Shown: positions 10,482 through 19,710 of the stretch, in pieces
Numbering within the stretch: position 1 is the stretch's first letter
Layout: each line of letters starts with the position of its first letter
Assembly: GCA_050253335.1 (NCBI GenBank)
Contig: JBFWJG010000028.1
Location: 1-32,589 of the forward strand
DNA from: Deferribacterales bacterium
GTDB lineage: Bacteria > Chrysiogenota > Deferribacteres > Deferribacterales > Geovibrionaceae
Direction: 5' to 3'
DNA: 32,589 bases
Notes under the pieces: model-generated
What the model was told of the DNA's origin: nothing
The model's input: only the letters and a program-made list of their open reading frames with translations
The model's database searches: none
Position numbers and translations under genes: made by a program

Positions 10482-11082
10482 AATTACTGTCCCTGATTCC
10501 CATTCTTTTAAGCGCGTCTGAAAGTTTTTTCTTGGCGCGGAAAGTCCTTACCTTTACCCCCGCCCTTGTCATGCTCATAGCGTCCGCCGCTTCCGAGACA
10601 GACACTCCGTCAAAATAAACCAGCTCCAGAAGTATCCTGTCCTTGGGAGAGAGAGTCCGCATGGCTCTGTCCAGAATCATTCTCAGGTGCATCTGCCTGT
10701 TTTTTCTCTCGAACTCATCGCCTGCGCTTTCGGATTCCAGCCTTTCGGCAAGGCTGCCTCCGTCATCCCCCAGACTGCTGAGAGCTGTTTCATTTTTTCT
10801 GTATTCCCGCCGCCAGTGATCACAGCAGCAGTTTATGCTCACTTTTTTGAGCCAGCCTCTGATTTTGTCAGAATTATCCAGTGTTTTCAGAGACTTAAAA
10901 ACTTTTATGAAAACTTCCTGTGCAATATCATCAGCCGCATCCTCAGGAACATGCCTCCCTACGGTTTCAAAAACCAAAGACTCGAACCTCTCTATAAAGA
11001 TTCTGAAATATTCATATTCGCCGCCGACAAGCCTCTCAATCAGCTCGGCATCGGAAATATCCGGCTCTATCCTGCTGCACAT
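10474..11082 (-). CDS. ECF-family RNA polymerase sigma factor
   Basis: Region 2 ADDIAQEVFIKVFK...GWLKKVSINCCCDHWRR; region 4 LSPKDR...SEAADAM...VKVRTFRAKKKL. Confidence 0.93.
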   Translation of the reverse strand: MCSRIEPDISDAELIERLVGGEYEYFRIFIERFESLVFETVGRHVPEDAADDIAQEVFIKVFKSLKTLDNSDKIRGWLKKVSINCCCDHWRREYRKNETALSSLGDDGGSLAERLESESAGDEFERKNRQMHLRMILDRAMRTLSPKDRILLELVYFDGVSVSEAADAMSMTRAGVKVRTFRAKKKLSDALKRMGIRDSNYD

Positions 11083-11133
11083 TCAAAACATCATTCTTCC
11101 GCTTTTTGTTTTCTCAGTCAATCCTAATTTATC

Positions 11134-11174
11134 GGGGCGGAAGGGCAGTGTCGGCTCCCCTTTCCGCCCCTTTT
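11134..11174 (+). terminator. GC-rich hairpin with its T-tract on the + strand
   Basis: GGGGCGGAAGGG-loop-CCCTTTCCGCCCC-TTTT. Confidence 0.5.
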
Positions 11175-11228
11175 CGGGTGGTGTGCGTCCTGTCCGTTTT
11201 TTTGCGTCATTTCAACTGCCGTTAATCC

Positions 11229-11939
11229 TTAGGCTTCGCTGAAGAGAAGAGAGTTCATCATCATCGAGTATCTGTACTCATAAGAACCCTGTCCGTCCTC
11301 CGCTGAGGTCATTTCCTCCTGAACGTCAAGCAGCATACTGGAAATCAGGCTGAGTTCCTCATCTTCCGCCTCTGCTGTCTCTGTTTCTTCCGTTCCGGAA
11401 ACCGTCAGTCCTGTGTCTGTTTCTGAGCTTTCCTCTGCTTCGGCAAGGGCTTTCAGAAGCTCAAGAAGAGTCTCGTCCGAGCTGTCCTCTGCTCCTTCCG
11501 CCGGAGGCATTCCGCCCATCGGGGGCATTCCGCCTTCCGGAGGTCTTCCGCCACGCATACCGTACATGCCTTCTGACGGTTCGTTTTTCCCTGTGTCATA
11601 GGCCTGCTGAGCCATTTCAGCAAGACTCACGCCCTGCTCTTCAGCATAGGCTTTCAGTTCATCCGAAGCCGAGTCCGCGACACTCTCCGCATCAAACTCT
11701 TCTTCGCTTTGGGCTGCTTCCCTGACGGAGTTTCTGAAGTCTTCCATGTCTGTCTGAAGTTCTTCGGGCATGTTCACCATAAAACTGCCCATTTTGCTTA
11801 TCTCGGCCCTGTCCGCTGCGGAAAGGGAAGCAAAACGGCTGTTCCGGCTGTTTTCCTCGGTTCCAGTGTCTGAGGAAATCTGGGTCAGCCCGCTGATCTT
11901 CAGGTTTTCATAAAGACCGCTTGAAGCAGTAATTATCAT
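11229..11939 (-). CDS. Hypothetical acidic low-complexity protein
   Basis: 236 aa, GGAGG RBS, Glu/Asp/Ser rich, GGRPPEGGMPPMGGMPP tract. Confidence 0.8.
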   Translation of the reverse strand: MIITASSGLYENLKISGLTQISSDTGTEENSRNSRFASLSAADRAEISKMGSFMVNMPEELQTDMEDFRNSVREAAQSEEEFDAESVADSASDELKAYAEEQGVSLAEMAQQAYDTGKNEPSEGMYGMRGGRPPEGGMPPMGGMPPAEGAEDSSDETLLELLKALAEAEESSETDTGLTVSGTEETETAEAEDEELSLISSMLLDVQEEMTSAEDGQGSYEYRYSMMMNSLLFSEA

Positions 11940-11986
11940 GGGTCATCCTCCCTGAAGTCTTATTTCGGCATCCTGCCTGATACCTT

Positions 11987-12016
11987 TCAGACGGGCAGTT
12001 GTTTTAAGAGGTTACA
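11987..12016 (-). promoter_or_regulatory. ECF sigma-type promoter (TGTAACC-N16-CGTCT)
   Basis: Minus strand TGTAACC tcttaaaacaactgcc CGTCTGA upstream of 11939, matching the general ECF -35 AAC / -10 CGT pattern. Confidence 0.65.
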
Positions 12017-12066
12017 TCTCATTTCATCTGGTAAAATAAAAACAGAGGATTTTATTTCAGTTCGGC

Positions 12067-12114
12067 TTGACTTGTCCTGTTTTAAGAATTAATATCGATT
12101 TATAATGATTACAA
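12067..12114 (+). promoter_or_regulatory. Sigma70 promoter (TTGACT-17-TAATAT) followed by a Per box at 12100-12114
   Basis: TTATAATGATTACAA has one mismatch to the Per box consensus TTATAATnATTATAA. Confidence 0.75.
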
Positions 12115-12144
12115 ATTTATTTGAATTACAATTAAGAAGGCTGT

Positions 12145-12576
12145 ATGAAACACACCAACGAAGAAACTGCGGCGGAACTGGCGGAGAAAAACATACGTCC
12201 CTCATTTCAGAGAGTACGTATTCTGGCCTACATGAAAGAAAACCTCTGTCACCCCACAGTAGAGAGGATCTATCAGGATCTGCACGCGGAAATCCCTTCG
12301 CTGTCAAAAACCACCGTATACAACACCCTTAACCTTTTTGTTGAGTCCGGACTGGTGAGGATTCTGAACATCGAGGACAACGAGACAAGGTACGACATAG
12401 TTATGAAAAGCCACGGACACTTCAAATGCGAGTCCTGCGGAAAAATATTCAACTTCAGGATCGATATCGACAGTTTTAACACAGAAGAACTCGGCGGGTT
12501 CAGGATAAACGATAAAAACGTTTACTTCAAAGGCATATGCCCTGAATGCCGGAAAGAGGAAAATAAGGAGGCATAG
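12145..12576 (+). CDS. perR: Fur-family peroxide-responsive repressor
   Basis: [24 protein letters not shown] and CPEC motifs; directly upstream of catalase, with a Per box. Confidence 0.85.
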   Translation: MKHTNEETAAELAEKNIRPSFQRVRILAYMKENLCHPTVERIYQDLHAEIPSLSKTTVYNTLNLFVESGLVRILNIEDNETRYDIVMKSHGHFKCESCGKIFNFRIDIDSFNTEELGGFRINDKNVYFKGICPECRKEENKEA

Positions 12577-12578
12577 TG

Positions 12579-14048
12579 ATGGACAAAAAGAAAACGAAAA
12601 AACAGAAACTGACAACCGTTGCCGGCGCACCCGTTGTTGACAATCAGAATGTTCAGACCGCAGGCCCTAGAGGCCCTATGCTGCTTCAGGATGTTTGGTT
12701 TCTTGAAAAACTCGCTCATTTTGACAGGGAAGTGATTCCCGAAAGAAGAATGCACGCCAAAGGCTCCGGCGCATTCGGCACATTTACAGTTACGCATGAC
12801 ATAACCAAGTACACCAAAGCCAAGATATTCTCAAAAATCGGCAAAAAAACCGATCTGTTCATCCGTTTCTCCACTGTTGCGGGTGAAAGAGGCGCGGCCG
12901 ATGCTGAAAGAGATATAAGAGGATTCGCTGTCAAGTTTTACACTGAGGAAGGCAACTGGGATCTTGTGGGCAACAACACGCCAGTGTTTTTCCTGCGTGA
13001 TCCGCTCAAGTTCCCCGATCTCAACCACGCGGTAAAACGCGATCCCAGAACAAACATGAGAAGCGCCAAAAACAACTGGGATTTCTGGACATCGCTCCCC
13101 GAAGCTCTGCATCAGGTGACAATCACCATGAGCGACAGGGGCATCCCCAAATCATACCGCCATATGCACGGCTTCGGCAGTCACACATTCAGCATGATAA
13201 ACGATAAAAACGAGCGTGTGTGGGTGAAATTCCATATGGTTTGCCAGCAGGGGATAAAAAACCTCACTGACGAAGAAGCGGAAAAAGTAATCGGCAAATG
13301 CCGCGAAAGCCACCAGAGAGACCTGCTTGAAAGCATAGACAAAGGTGATTTTCCCAGATGGACTATGTACATTCAGGTCATGACGGAAGAGCAGGCGAAG
13401 AAAATGCCCTACAACCCGTTTGACCTCACGAAAGTCTGGTACAAAAAGGATTTCCCTCTCATTGAAGTCGGCGTTCTTGAGCTTAATAAAAACCCGGAAA
13501 ACTATTTTCAGGATGTTGAGCAGGCTGCCTTCAACCCCGCAAACATTGTGCCCGGAATCGGCTTCTCGCCCGATAAAATGCTTCAGGGCAGGCTGTTCTC
13601 ATACGGAGATACCCAGCGCTACAGGCTCGGCGTGAACCATCACCAGATTCCCGTCAATGCGCCCAGATGTCCCTTCCACAGCTACCACAGAGACGGTCAG
13701 ATGCGTGTCGACGGCAACCGCGGCTCAACACTCGCATATGAACCCAACAGCTACGGAGAATGGCAGGAGCAGCCAAAGTTCCGTGAACCCGTGCTTGAGC
13801 TTGAGGGGGGAGCATGGAACTGGAACTTCCGTGAGGATGATGACGACTATTTCACTCAGCCCGGCCTGCTCTTCAGGCTCATGACACCCGCTCAGCAGCA
13901 GGTTCTCTTTGAGAACACGGCAAGAGCTATGGGTGACGCGCCGGAAGAGATTAAAATACGCCACATCGGCAACTGCATGAAGGCCGATCCCGAATACGGC
14001 AAAGGCGTTGCCAAGGCAATGAAAATAGATCATAAAAAAATGAAGTGA
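12579..14048 (+). CDS. katA: Monofunctional heme catalase (small subunit)
   Basis: [17 protein letters not shown] active-site signature and RLFSYGDTQ proximal ligand signature. Confidence 0.97.
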   Translation: MDKKKTKKQKLTTVAGAPVVDNQNVQTAGPRGPMLLQDVWFLEKLAHFDREVIPERRMHAKGSGAFGTFTVTHDITKYTKAKIFSKIGKKTDLFIRFSTVAGERGAADAERDIRGFAVKFYTEEGNWDLVGNNTPVFFLRDPLKFPDLNHAVKRDPRTNMRSAKNNWDFWTSLPEALHQVTITMSDRGIPKSYRHMHGFGSHTFSMINDKNERVWVKFHMVCQQGIKNLTDEEAEKVIGKCRESHQRDLLESIDKGDFPRWTMYIQVMTEEQAKKMPYNPFDLTKVWYKKDFPLIEVGVLELNKNPENYFQDVEQAAFNPANIVPGIGFSPDKMLQGRLFSYGDTQRYRLGVNHHQIPVNAPRCPFHSYHRDGQMRVDGNRGSTLAYEPNSYGEWQEQPKFREPVLELEGGAWNWNFREDDDDYFTQPGLLFRLMTPAQQQVLFENTARAMGDAPEEIKIRHIGNCMKADPEYGKGVAKAMKIDHKKMK

Positions 14049-14054
14049 CAAATC

Positions 14055-14085
14055 AGCGGGCGGGCCTGAAAACCCGCCCTCTTTC
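14055..14085 (+). terminator. Rho-independent terminator after katA
   Basis: GGGCGGG-cctgaaaa-CCCGCCC-TCTTT. Confidence 0.7.
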
Positions 14086-14203
14086 ACTCTTTATTCCCCG
14101 TCCCGTTAAACTGCCGAAACTTTCATCATTCGTAAACTATCGAAATGCTTTTTCCGCTTAAAAATACCATTAAATATACAGATTATATGTGAGCAATTAT
14201 TTT

Positions 14204-14229
14204 CATATGACTATTAATATAGTCATATG
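14204..14229. promoter_or_regulatory. Perfect 11-4-11 palindrome upstream of the MCP gene (putative operator)
   Basis: CATATGACTAT-TAAT-ATAGTCATATG, just upstream of an extended -10 TGtTATAGT. Confidence 0.55.
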
Positions 14230-14282
14230 CTTCAAGCAGAAATAGTGTTATAGTGAACATATTTTATTTTTCGAGGATGGTC

Positions 14283-16307
14283 ATGAAAGTTTCATTCAGA
14301 ATGAAAATTCTGCTTCCGGTGACGGTGAGCGTAATCATCGCTTTCCTTCTCACGGGAATAGCCTCCTACAGGACTGTCAACAGGGAGACAGTCATAATTG
14401 CGCAGAACGATGTGCGCAATATGACGTACAGATACGGTCATCTGGTTAAAAGCAGCGTGGAGCAGGCTCTCAGCACATCTCTTTCTCTTTCCGCCTCAGC
14501 GGCGGCAATTTCAGAGAACGGCGGCAATGTTCAGCGGAGAAAAGTCGCTGACATGCTTAAAAAAACAGTCGAGGACAACCCTGTCCTGTTTGACGCATGG
14601 ATAGTCTGGGAGCCTGACATGTTTGACGGGCAGGATGCCCTGCTGGACGGCACGAATACCGCAGGAACCGGAGAAAACGGTCAGTTCGCCCCTTTTGCGG
14701 TGCGTCTCGGCGGCGTTGTGCGCCTTGCCGCGGCAGGGGGAATGTATGAGTCCGACTGGTCAGCGGACTGGTATCAGAAACCTTTTCAGAGCGGAAAACC
14801 CCACATAGGCGAGCCGATCACCCGCAATATAGGCGGCGAAGTAGTCACAACCGTTTCGATCGGCGTTCCCTTTACTGTGAACGGGAAAATTGCAGGAGTG
14901 GCAGGAACGGATATTTCTGTCGGGCTTTTTGACGATCTTCTCTCAGACGTGAGTGTTTATGACACAGGCTACACATTCATGCTTTCGAATAACTACACAG
15001 TGCTTGTCCATCCTGTGAGCGAGCTTGTGGGAGTCAGGGCGCGTCTGGCGGACACCATCAGCCCCTATCTGGACAACGGCGAAGAATACTTCGTGGAAAC
15101 CGTTTCCTCCCAGACAGGCAAATCATCCTACACACTCTACTCACCGATTAATATAAACGGAACAGACTACAGCTACTTTATCGGCCTGAGTGTTCCTGTG
15201 GACGAAATAATGAAAGCGGTGAAGGTTATTGAGGTAACAATAGCCGCGGCGGCAGTTATTGCGGTTGCGGTGATTATAGCCGTCATACTAGTAATTGTCG
15301 GCTTTCTTATCCGCCAATTGGGGGGCGAACCCCATGATGTCGTGGAAACAGTGCACCGCATAGCAGGCGGCGATTTCACAGCGAATATCAAAACAGCGGA
15401 AAACGACCGGACAAGCCTTGCATACGCTGTCAAGGAAATGGTGGCGGGACTGAGTGGAATGATCAACAACGTAACCGAAGCGGCGGACAGACTGCGGGAA
15501 GCCAGCGCAAATCTTTCAGCGGGCGCACAGCAGCTTTCCGGCGGGATGACCGAACAGACCGAACGCGCAGGGCTTATCACCATAGCTTCAAACGAAATGA
15601 ACTCAACCACGGGCGACATTGCCCGAAACCTCACGGAGATAACCTCCTTCGCACAGCAGACAACAGAAAAAGCTGTAAACGGGGACAGGGTTGTGAATAA
15701 CTCACTGAAAGCAGTGGAAAAAATAAAAGATACCGTGGATCAGTCCGCTGTTCTTGTTCACTCCCTCGGGGAGAAATCGCAGGAAATTAAGGATATAGTC
15801 AACGTAATCAGTGATATAGCGGATCAGACAAACCTGCTTGCACTTAACGCCGCAATAGAAGCGGCAAGAGCGGGAGAAGCGGGCAGAGGCTTTGCAGTTG
15901 TGGCGGATGAAGTCCGCAAGCTTGCGGAAAGAACACAGAAAGCCACAACGGAAATCTCCGCCCTTGTTCACGGCACTCAGACAGAAATGAACAATGTTAT
16001 CGAGTCAATGGAAGGAGTTACGGCGCAGGTTCATCTGGGTGTGGAGTCTTCCGGAATGATAGGCACTGTCCTTGCGGAGATTCAGGAAGGTGTGGCTCAG
16101 CTTCAGTCAATGGTGGAAAACATATCCAGCGCCACGCAGGAAATGGCCTCCACAAGCTCTCAGATTCAGCAGGATATAAGCTCAATCTCGTATGTATCGA
16201 ACGAAGTAAAAACCACATCGGATCATCTGGCGGAAAGCGCTTCCGGTCTTGAAAACATATCGGACACTCTCAGGGAGCTGATGAACAGATTCAGACTTAA
16301 ACCCTGA
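14283..16307 (+). CDS. Methyl-accepting chemotaxis protein with dCache sensor and HAMP domain
   Basis: Two TMs; [40 protein letters not shown] signature; GAGGA RBS before ATG 14283. Confidence 0.95.
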   Translation: MKVSFRMKILLPVTVSVIIAFLLTGIASYRTVNRETVIIAQNDVRNMTYRYGHLVKSSVEQALSTSLSLSASAAAISENGGNVQRRKVADMLKKTVEDNPVLFDAWIVWEPDMFDGQDALLDGTNTAGTGENGQFAPFAVRLGGVVRLAAAGGMYESDWSADWYQKPFQSGKPHIGEPITRNIGGEVVTTVSIGVPFTVNGKIAGVAGTDISVGLFDDLLSDVSVYDTGYTFMLSNNYTVLVHPVSELVGVRARLADTISPYLDNGEEYFVETVSSQTGKSSYTLYSPININGTDYSYFIGLSVPVDEIMKAVKVIEVTIAAAAVIAVAVIIAVILVIVGFLIRQLGGEPHDVVETVHRIAGGDFTANIKTAENDRTSLAYAVKEMVAGLSGMINNVTEAADRLREASANLSAGAQQLSGGMTEQTERAGLITIASNEMNSTTGDIARNLTEITSFAQQTTEKAVNGDRVVNNSLKAVEKIKDTVDQSAVLVHSLGEKSQEIKDIVNVISDIADQTNLLALNAAIEAARAGEAGRGFAVVADEVRKLAERTQKATTEISALVHGTQTEMNNVIESMEGVTAQVHLGVESSGMIGTVLAEIQEGVAQLQSMVENISSATQEMASTSSQIQQDISSISYVSNEVKTTSDHLAESASGLENISDTLRELMNRFRLKP

Positions 16308-16316
16308 ACATCAAAC

Positions 16317-16350
16317 ACGCCCTCCGGCCGAAAACCGGCGGGCGTTTTTT
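16317..16350 (+). terminator. Rho-independent terminator after the MCP gene
   Basis: ACGCCCtCCGG-loop-CCGGcGGGCGT-TTTTT. Confidence 0.8.
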
Positions 16351-16451
16351 CTGAATATCATAAGCATAAACCCACAGCACCTTAGAATGCCCTGTGATTA
16401 TCTCATGAACATCTTCATCGGCTTAGAGGCGTCAAATTTTTTTCAATCTTT

Positions 16452-16493
16452 TTAATCTAAATCAAGTTTATTTCCCCCGTCCGGTGTTAGCTT
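16452..16493 (+). promoter_or_regulatory. FNR/Crp-family box (TTAAT-N4-ATCAA) at class II spacing from an extended -10
   Basis: TTAATctaaATCAA at 16452-16465 (one mismatch to TTGAT-N4-ATCAA); TGtTAGCTT -10 at 16485-16493. Confidence 0.55.
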
Positions 16494-16521
16494 AGCATTA
16501 TCACGCTACGGAGGACGCACC

Positions 16522-17922
16522 ATGAAAATCACAAAGGAAATGACAGTCCACAAAGTTGTCTCAGAGTATCCGCATCTGAAAGATATTTTTATAGAATCCG
16601 GCTTCAAAAGCATCACTGACCCCATTAAGTTCAATACTGTCGCCAAGGTTATCAGCCTTGAAAACGCATGCAGGATGAAGGAGGTTGACCCGGAAGCCTT
16701 CCTTGAAAAGCTCAATAACGCTTTGGGCGGAGGCTATGACAAATCATCCGAAATGGAGCGCCATATAGAGATCGATAAAAACAGGGCGGAGAAAATAGCC
16801 GCCATAGTGCGCAGTTTTTTTAACGGAGTGGACAAGGCTCTGCTGCAAAAGGAATATGACGCTGTAGCGCCTGTCACTGCGGCGGAATTTGCCTATGCCG
16901 AACAGCTTATATCCGATGCCGGAGTTCCGGACAGCAAGTTTGAGAATGAGGTCGGCGGGGTTCTGGCTCTTTTCCGTTCATCTCTTGAGAACAATTCTGT
17001 GCCGAGCCTGCCCGCAGGGCATCCGGTTTCCACATACATAAAGGAAAATGCCGAAATACTCAGACTCACTGCGAAAATCAGAAATGAGCTTGAAACAATC
17101 ACCCCCGACAGGGAAAACCTGCTCAGGCTTTATAAAAAGCTGAGGGATGTCAATCTCCACTTCGTCCGCAAGGAGACACAGCTTTTCCCTTACCTTGAGA
17201 AAAAAGGGTTCGACAAGCCAACAACCGTTATGTGGACGCTCCATGACAGGATAAGGAAAGGGATCAAGGACAGCATCTCAGCACTTGAGCACGGAAGGAT
17301 CGATGAATTTCTCAAGATACAGGAATCACTGTCCGAAGAGATAGACGGAATGGTCTTCAAAGAGGAAAAGATCCTTTTCCCCACAGCGCTTATGATGCTC
17401 AGCGAGGATGAGTGGAAGCAGATAAGAAGCAATGAAAAAGACCTTGAATACTGCTTCATAGAACAGCCCGAAAGCTGGGGAGAAAGCCCTCAGACGGAAC
17501 CTGCGCCTTTAAACGGACTGGCGTCGCTCATAGAAGGCGCATTATCAATCGAACAGCTTAACGCTGTTTTCAGCCATCTGCCGTTCGATATATCATTTGT
17601 GGATGAAAACGACCGGGTAAAATTCTACAACTCCGCACCGGACAGAATATTTCCCCGCAGTCCCGATGTCATAGGGCGTGAGGTGAAATACTGCCACCCT
17701 CCGAAAAGTGTTGCCACAGTTATGGAAATTCTCGATTCATTCAGAAACGGGAAAAGAGACAAGGCTGAGTTCTGGCTCACTCTTGGCGGCAGATTCCTCC
17801 ACATAAGATACTTCGCAGTAAGAAACAGCGAAGGCAGATACATGGGCACACTGGAAGTAATGCAGGACGCGACCGAAGTGCGGAAGCTGGAAGGAACAAG
17901 AACCCTGCTCTCATGGGAGTAG
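16522..17922 (+). CDS. DUF1858/DUF438/hemerythrin/PAS domain protein
   Basis: GHPVSTYIKEN, HFVRKETQLFPYLE, VMWTLHDRIR, FKEEKILFP; PAS with IFPRSPDVIGREVKYCHPPKS; GGAGG RBS. Confidence 0.88.
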   Translation: MKITKEMTVHKVVSEYPHLKDIFIESGFKSITDPIKFNTVAKVISLENACRMKEVDPEAFLEKLNNALGGGYDKSSEMERHIEIDKNRAEKIAAIVRSFFNGVDKALLQKEYDAVAPVTAAEFAYAEQLISDAGVPDSKFENEVGGVLALFRSSLENNSVPSLPAGHPVSTYIKENAEILRLTAKIRNELETITPDRENLLRLYKKLRDVNLHFVRKETQLFPYLEKKGFDKPTTVMWTLHDRIRKGIKDSISALEHGRIDEFLKIQESLSEEIDGMVFKEEKILFPTALMMLSEDEWKQIRSNEKDLEYCFIEQPESWGESPQTEPAPLNGLASLIEGALSIEQLNAVFSHLPFDISFVDENDRVKFYNSAPDRIFPRSPDVIGREVKYCHPPKSVATVMEILDSFRNGKRDKAEFWLTLGGRFLHIRYFAVRNSEGRYMGTLEVMQDATEVRKLEGTRTLLSWE

Positions 17923-18017
17923 CGGCAGCTTTTTCCCTTTAAGCTTATTGCCTTGATAATCAGTCATTTAAAAGAGTATAGTAAACCATACTATCACGGA
18001 TTATCAGGGTGTGCGGC

Positions 18018-19031
18018 ATGGGGAAAACAACAGAGGCTTTGTTAAGATGCACAGCGGCTTTTTTGGCGGCTTTCCTGCTGACTGCCGCCCCGCAGAAATC
18101 CTCCGCAAGTCCAGACGGCCCGAACGGCACGCTGAGCTTTGTAATAGAAAACGATATTTTTTACAGTGACCAGTATTATACAAACGGCGTGCGCGCCTCA
18201 TGGACTACCGCGGCGGACAAAAGGCCTGAATGGGCGTTCAACGCCGCCCGCCTATTTCCCTTCTTCCCGGATAACGCCTCCGTGCGGACAAACTACGCAA
18301 TAGGGCAGAATATGTATACTCCGAAGGAAACGGATCTGGAAAATCCGCCTTCCGATGACCACCCCTATGCAGGCTGGCTTTACGGCTCCGTGGGCTTAAT
18401 AGCGGAAAACGGCCGTCAGCTTGACCAGATAGAATTCACCCTCGGCGTTGTGGGGTCTGCATCCCTTGCGGAACAGACTCAGAAGTTTGTCCACAAGGTC
18501 AGAGGACTCGACATACCGCAGGGCTGGGACACTCAGTTAAAGAACGAACCGGGATTTATCCTCACTTATCAGAGAAGCTGGCGGAGCTATGTTTCGGAAT
18601 CGTTTCTCGGAGTGCCGTTTGACCTCACTCCCCACGCAGGCGGAGCCTTGGGCAATGTTTTCACGCACGCAGCCACAGGAATAACCCTGCGCTACGGGGA
18701 AGGGCTTCCGGTTGACTACGGCCCGCCCAGAATCCAGCCCAGCCTGCCCGGCTCCGGATTCTTTATCCCGCAGAAACACCTGAGCTGGTATCTTTTCGCA
18801 GGTATCGAAGGCAGATACGTTGCCCGTAATATATTTTTAGACGGCAACAGCTTTACCGACAGCCGCAGTGTAGACAAGGAGCGGTTCGTGGGCGATCTTC
18901 AGATGGGTGTCGTAGTCAGCAAAGGCAATGTGCGAGCGGCATATACTAAGGTTCTGCGCACACGTGAATTCAAAACCCAGCCCGCCGACAGACAGGACTT
19001 CGGCGCGCTGAGCGTCTCCGTGCAGTTTTGA
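18018..19031 (+). CDS. Lipid A deacylase LpxR-family outer membrane protein (DUF2219)
   Basis: Signal peptide; ENDIF..DQYYTNG, GQNMYTP, PYAGWLY, GWDTQLKNE, NIFLDGN; C-terminal Phe. Confidence 0.88.
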   Translation: MGKTTEALLRCTAAFLAAFLLTAAPQKSSASPDGPNGTLSFVIENDIFYSDQYYTNGVRASWTTAADKRPEWAFNAARLFPFFPDNASVRTNYAIGQNMYTPKETDLENPPSDDHPYAGWLYGSVGLIAENGRQLDQIEFTLGVVGSASLAEQTQKFVHKVRGLDIPQGWDTQLKNEPGFILTYQRSWRSYVSESFLGVPFDLTPHAGGALGNVFTHAATGITLRYGEGLPVDYGPPRIQPSLPGSGFFIPQKHLSWYLFAGIEGRYVARNIFLDGNSFTDSRSVDKERFVGDLQMGVVVSKGNVRAAYTKVLRTREFKTQPADRQDFGALSVSVQF

Positions 19032-19042
19032 GGGATGGGCGT

Positions 19043-19321
19043 CTATTTATAGACCGTGCTGTGATCTCCGATATTTATAGGAATAATCTTTTCATCTGAA
19101 ATAATAAGCTCAATCGTTACCCGATATTGCAGGTTGATGCTGATTGAATACAGATCGCTGTACTTGCCCGAAAGCTTGTGCAGTCTCAATGAGTTGTGAA
19201 AAGGGTTTATCTCAAGCAATAAAAGAGCTTTTTTATAAAGCGGCACTATCTCCGGATGCTTTTTCAGAAAACGGGCGGCTTTTTTATTGTAGCTGTCAGT
19301 ATAAAGAATCCTATACGGCAT
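19043..19321 (-). CDS. Type II TA toxin, RelE/YafQ superfamily
   Basis: NPFHNSLRLHKLSG...YSISINLQYRV...IGDH; overlaps the upstream antitoxin. Confidence 0.88.
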   Translation of the reverse strand: MPYRILYTDSYNKKAARFLKKHPEIVPLYKKALLLLEINPFHNSLRLHKLSGKYSDLYSISINLQYRVTIELIISDEKIIPINIGDHSTVYK

Positions 19322-19550
19322 CTAAAACTCTTTTTATGTGTTCATCAACAGACTCTGTTTTGTAGTCTCCTTTTTCTATGTCATTGATACTCTCCGAAAT
19401 GGCTTTATCAAGCTCGCATTCCCTGAGATAATTATATGATTCAATGTCCAGAACGATGAACTTTTCTCTGCCTCTGACAGTGATAAGAGTTTCATTTTCC
19501 AAAGCCCCTATCCCCTTTGTTTTTATTTCATTTGCAGATATTTTCAGCAT
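19311..19550 (-). CDS. Type II TA antitoxin, Phd/YefM-like
   Basis: 79 aa, ISANEIKTKG...ITVRGREKFIVLDIESY, acidic C-terminus; AGGAGG RBS. Confidence 0.82.
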   Translation of the reverse strand: MLKISANEIKTKGIGALENETLITVRGREKFIVLDIESYNYLRECELDKAISESINDIEKGDYKTESVDEHIKRVLDAV

Positions 19551-19571
19551 AACAGCCTCCTGATAGAGTTA

Positions 19572-19608
19572 ATAATAGCATTATAAACAGCACTGTCAAT
19601 AGTGTTGT
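19572..19608 (-). promoter_or_regulatory. TA promoter (TTGACA-16-TATTAT) with an inverted repeat over the -35
   Basis: ACAGCACT-gtcaat-AGTGTTGT straddles TTGACA, as expected for TA autorepression. Confidence 0.6.
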
Positions 19609-19710
19609 GAAGAATATTATCACAGCCGCTGACTAATATAGTTTTATCAATATAGAGCTATTTTATAAATGTTTATTCTGATGATAAGTAAATAAGCAAA
19701 AATTAAAAAG

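Noticed and set aside
11100..11228. Possible riboswitch (GAAA-containing stems) upstream of the ECF sigma gene
   Set aside because: Lacks the conserved cores of c-di-GMP-I or cobalamin riboswitches by eye; a simple hairpin explains it. An Rfam search would settle this.
18018..19031. LpxR gene as island cargo (phage receptor modification)
   Set aside because: Base composition resembles the host backbone and no boundary repeat is seen on its left
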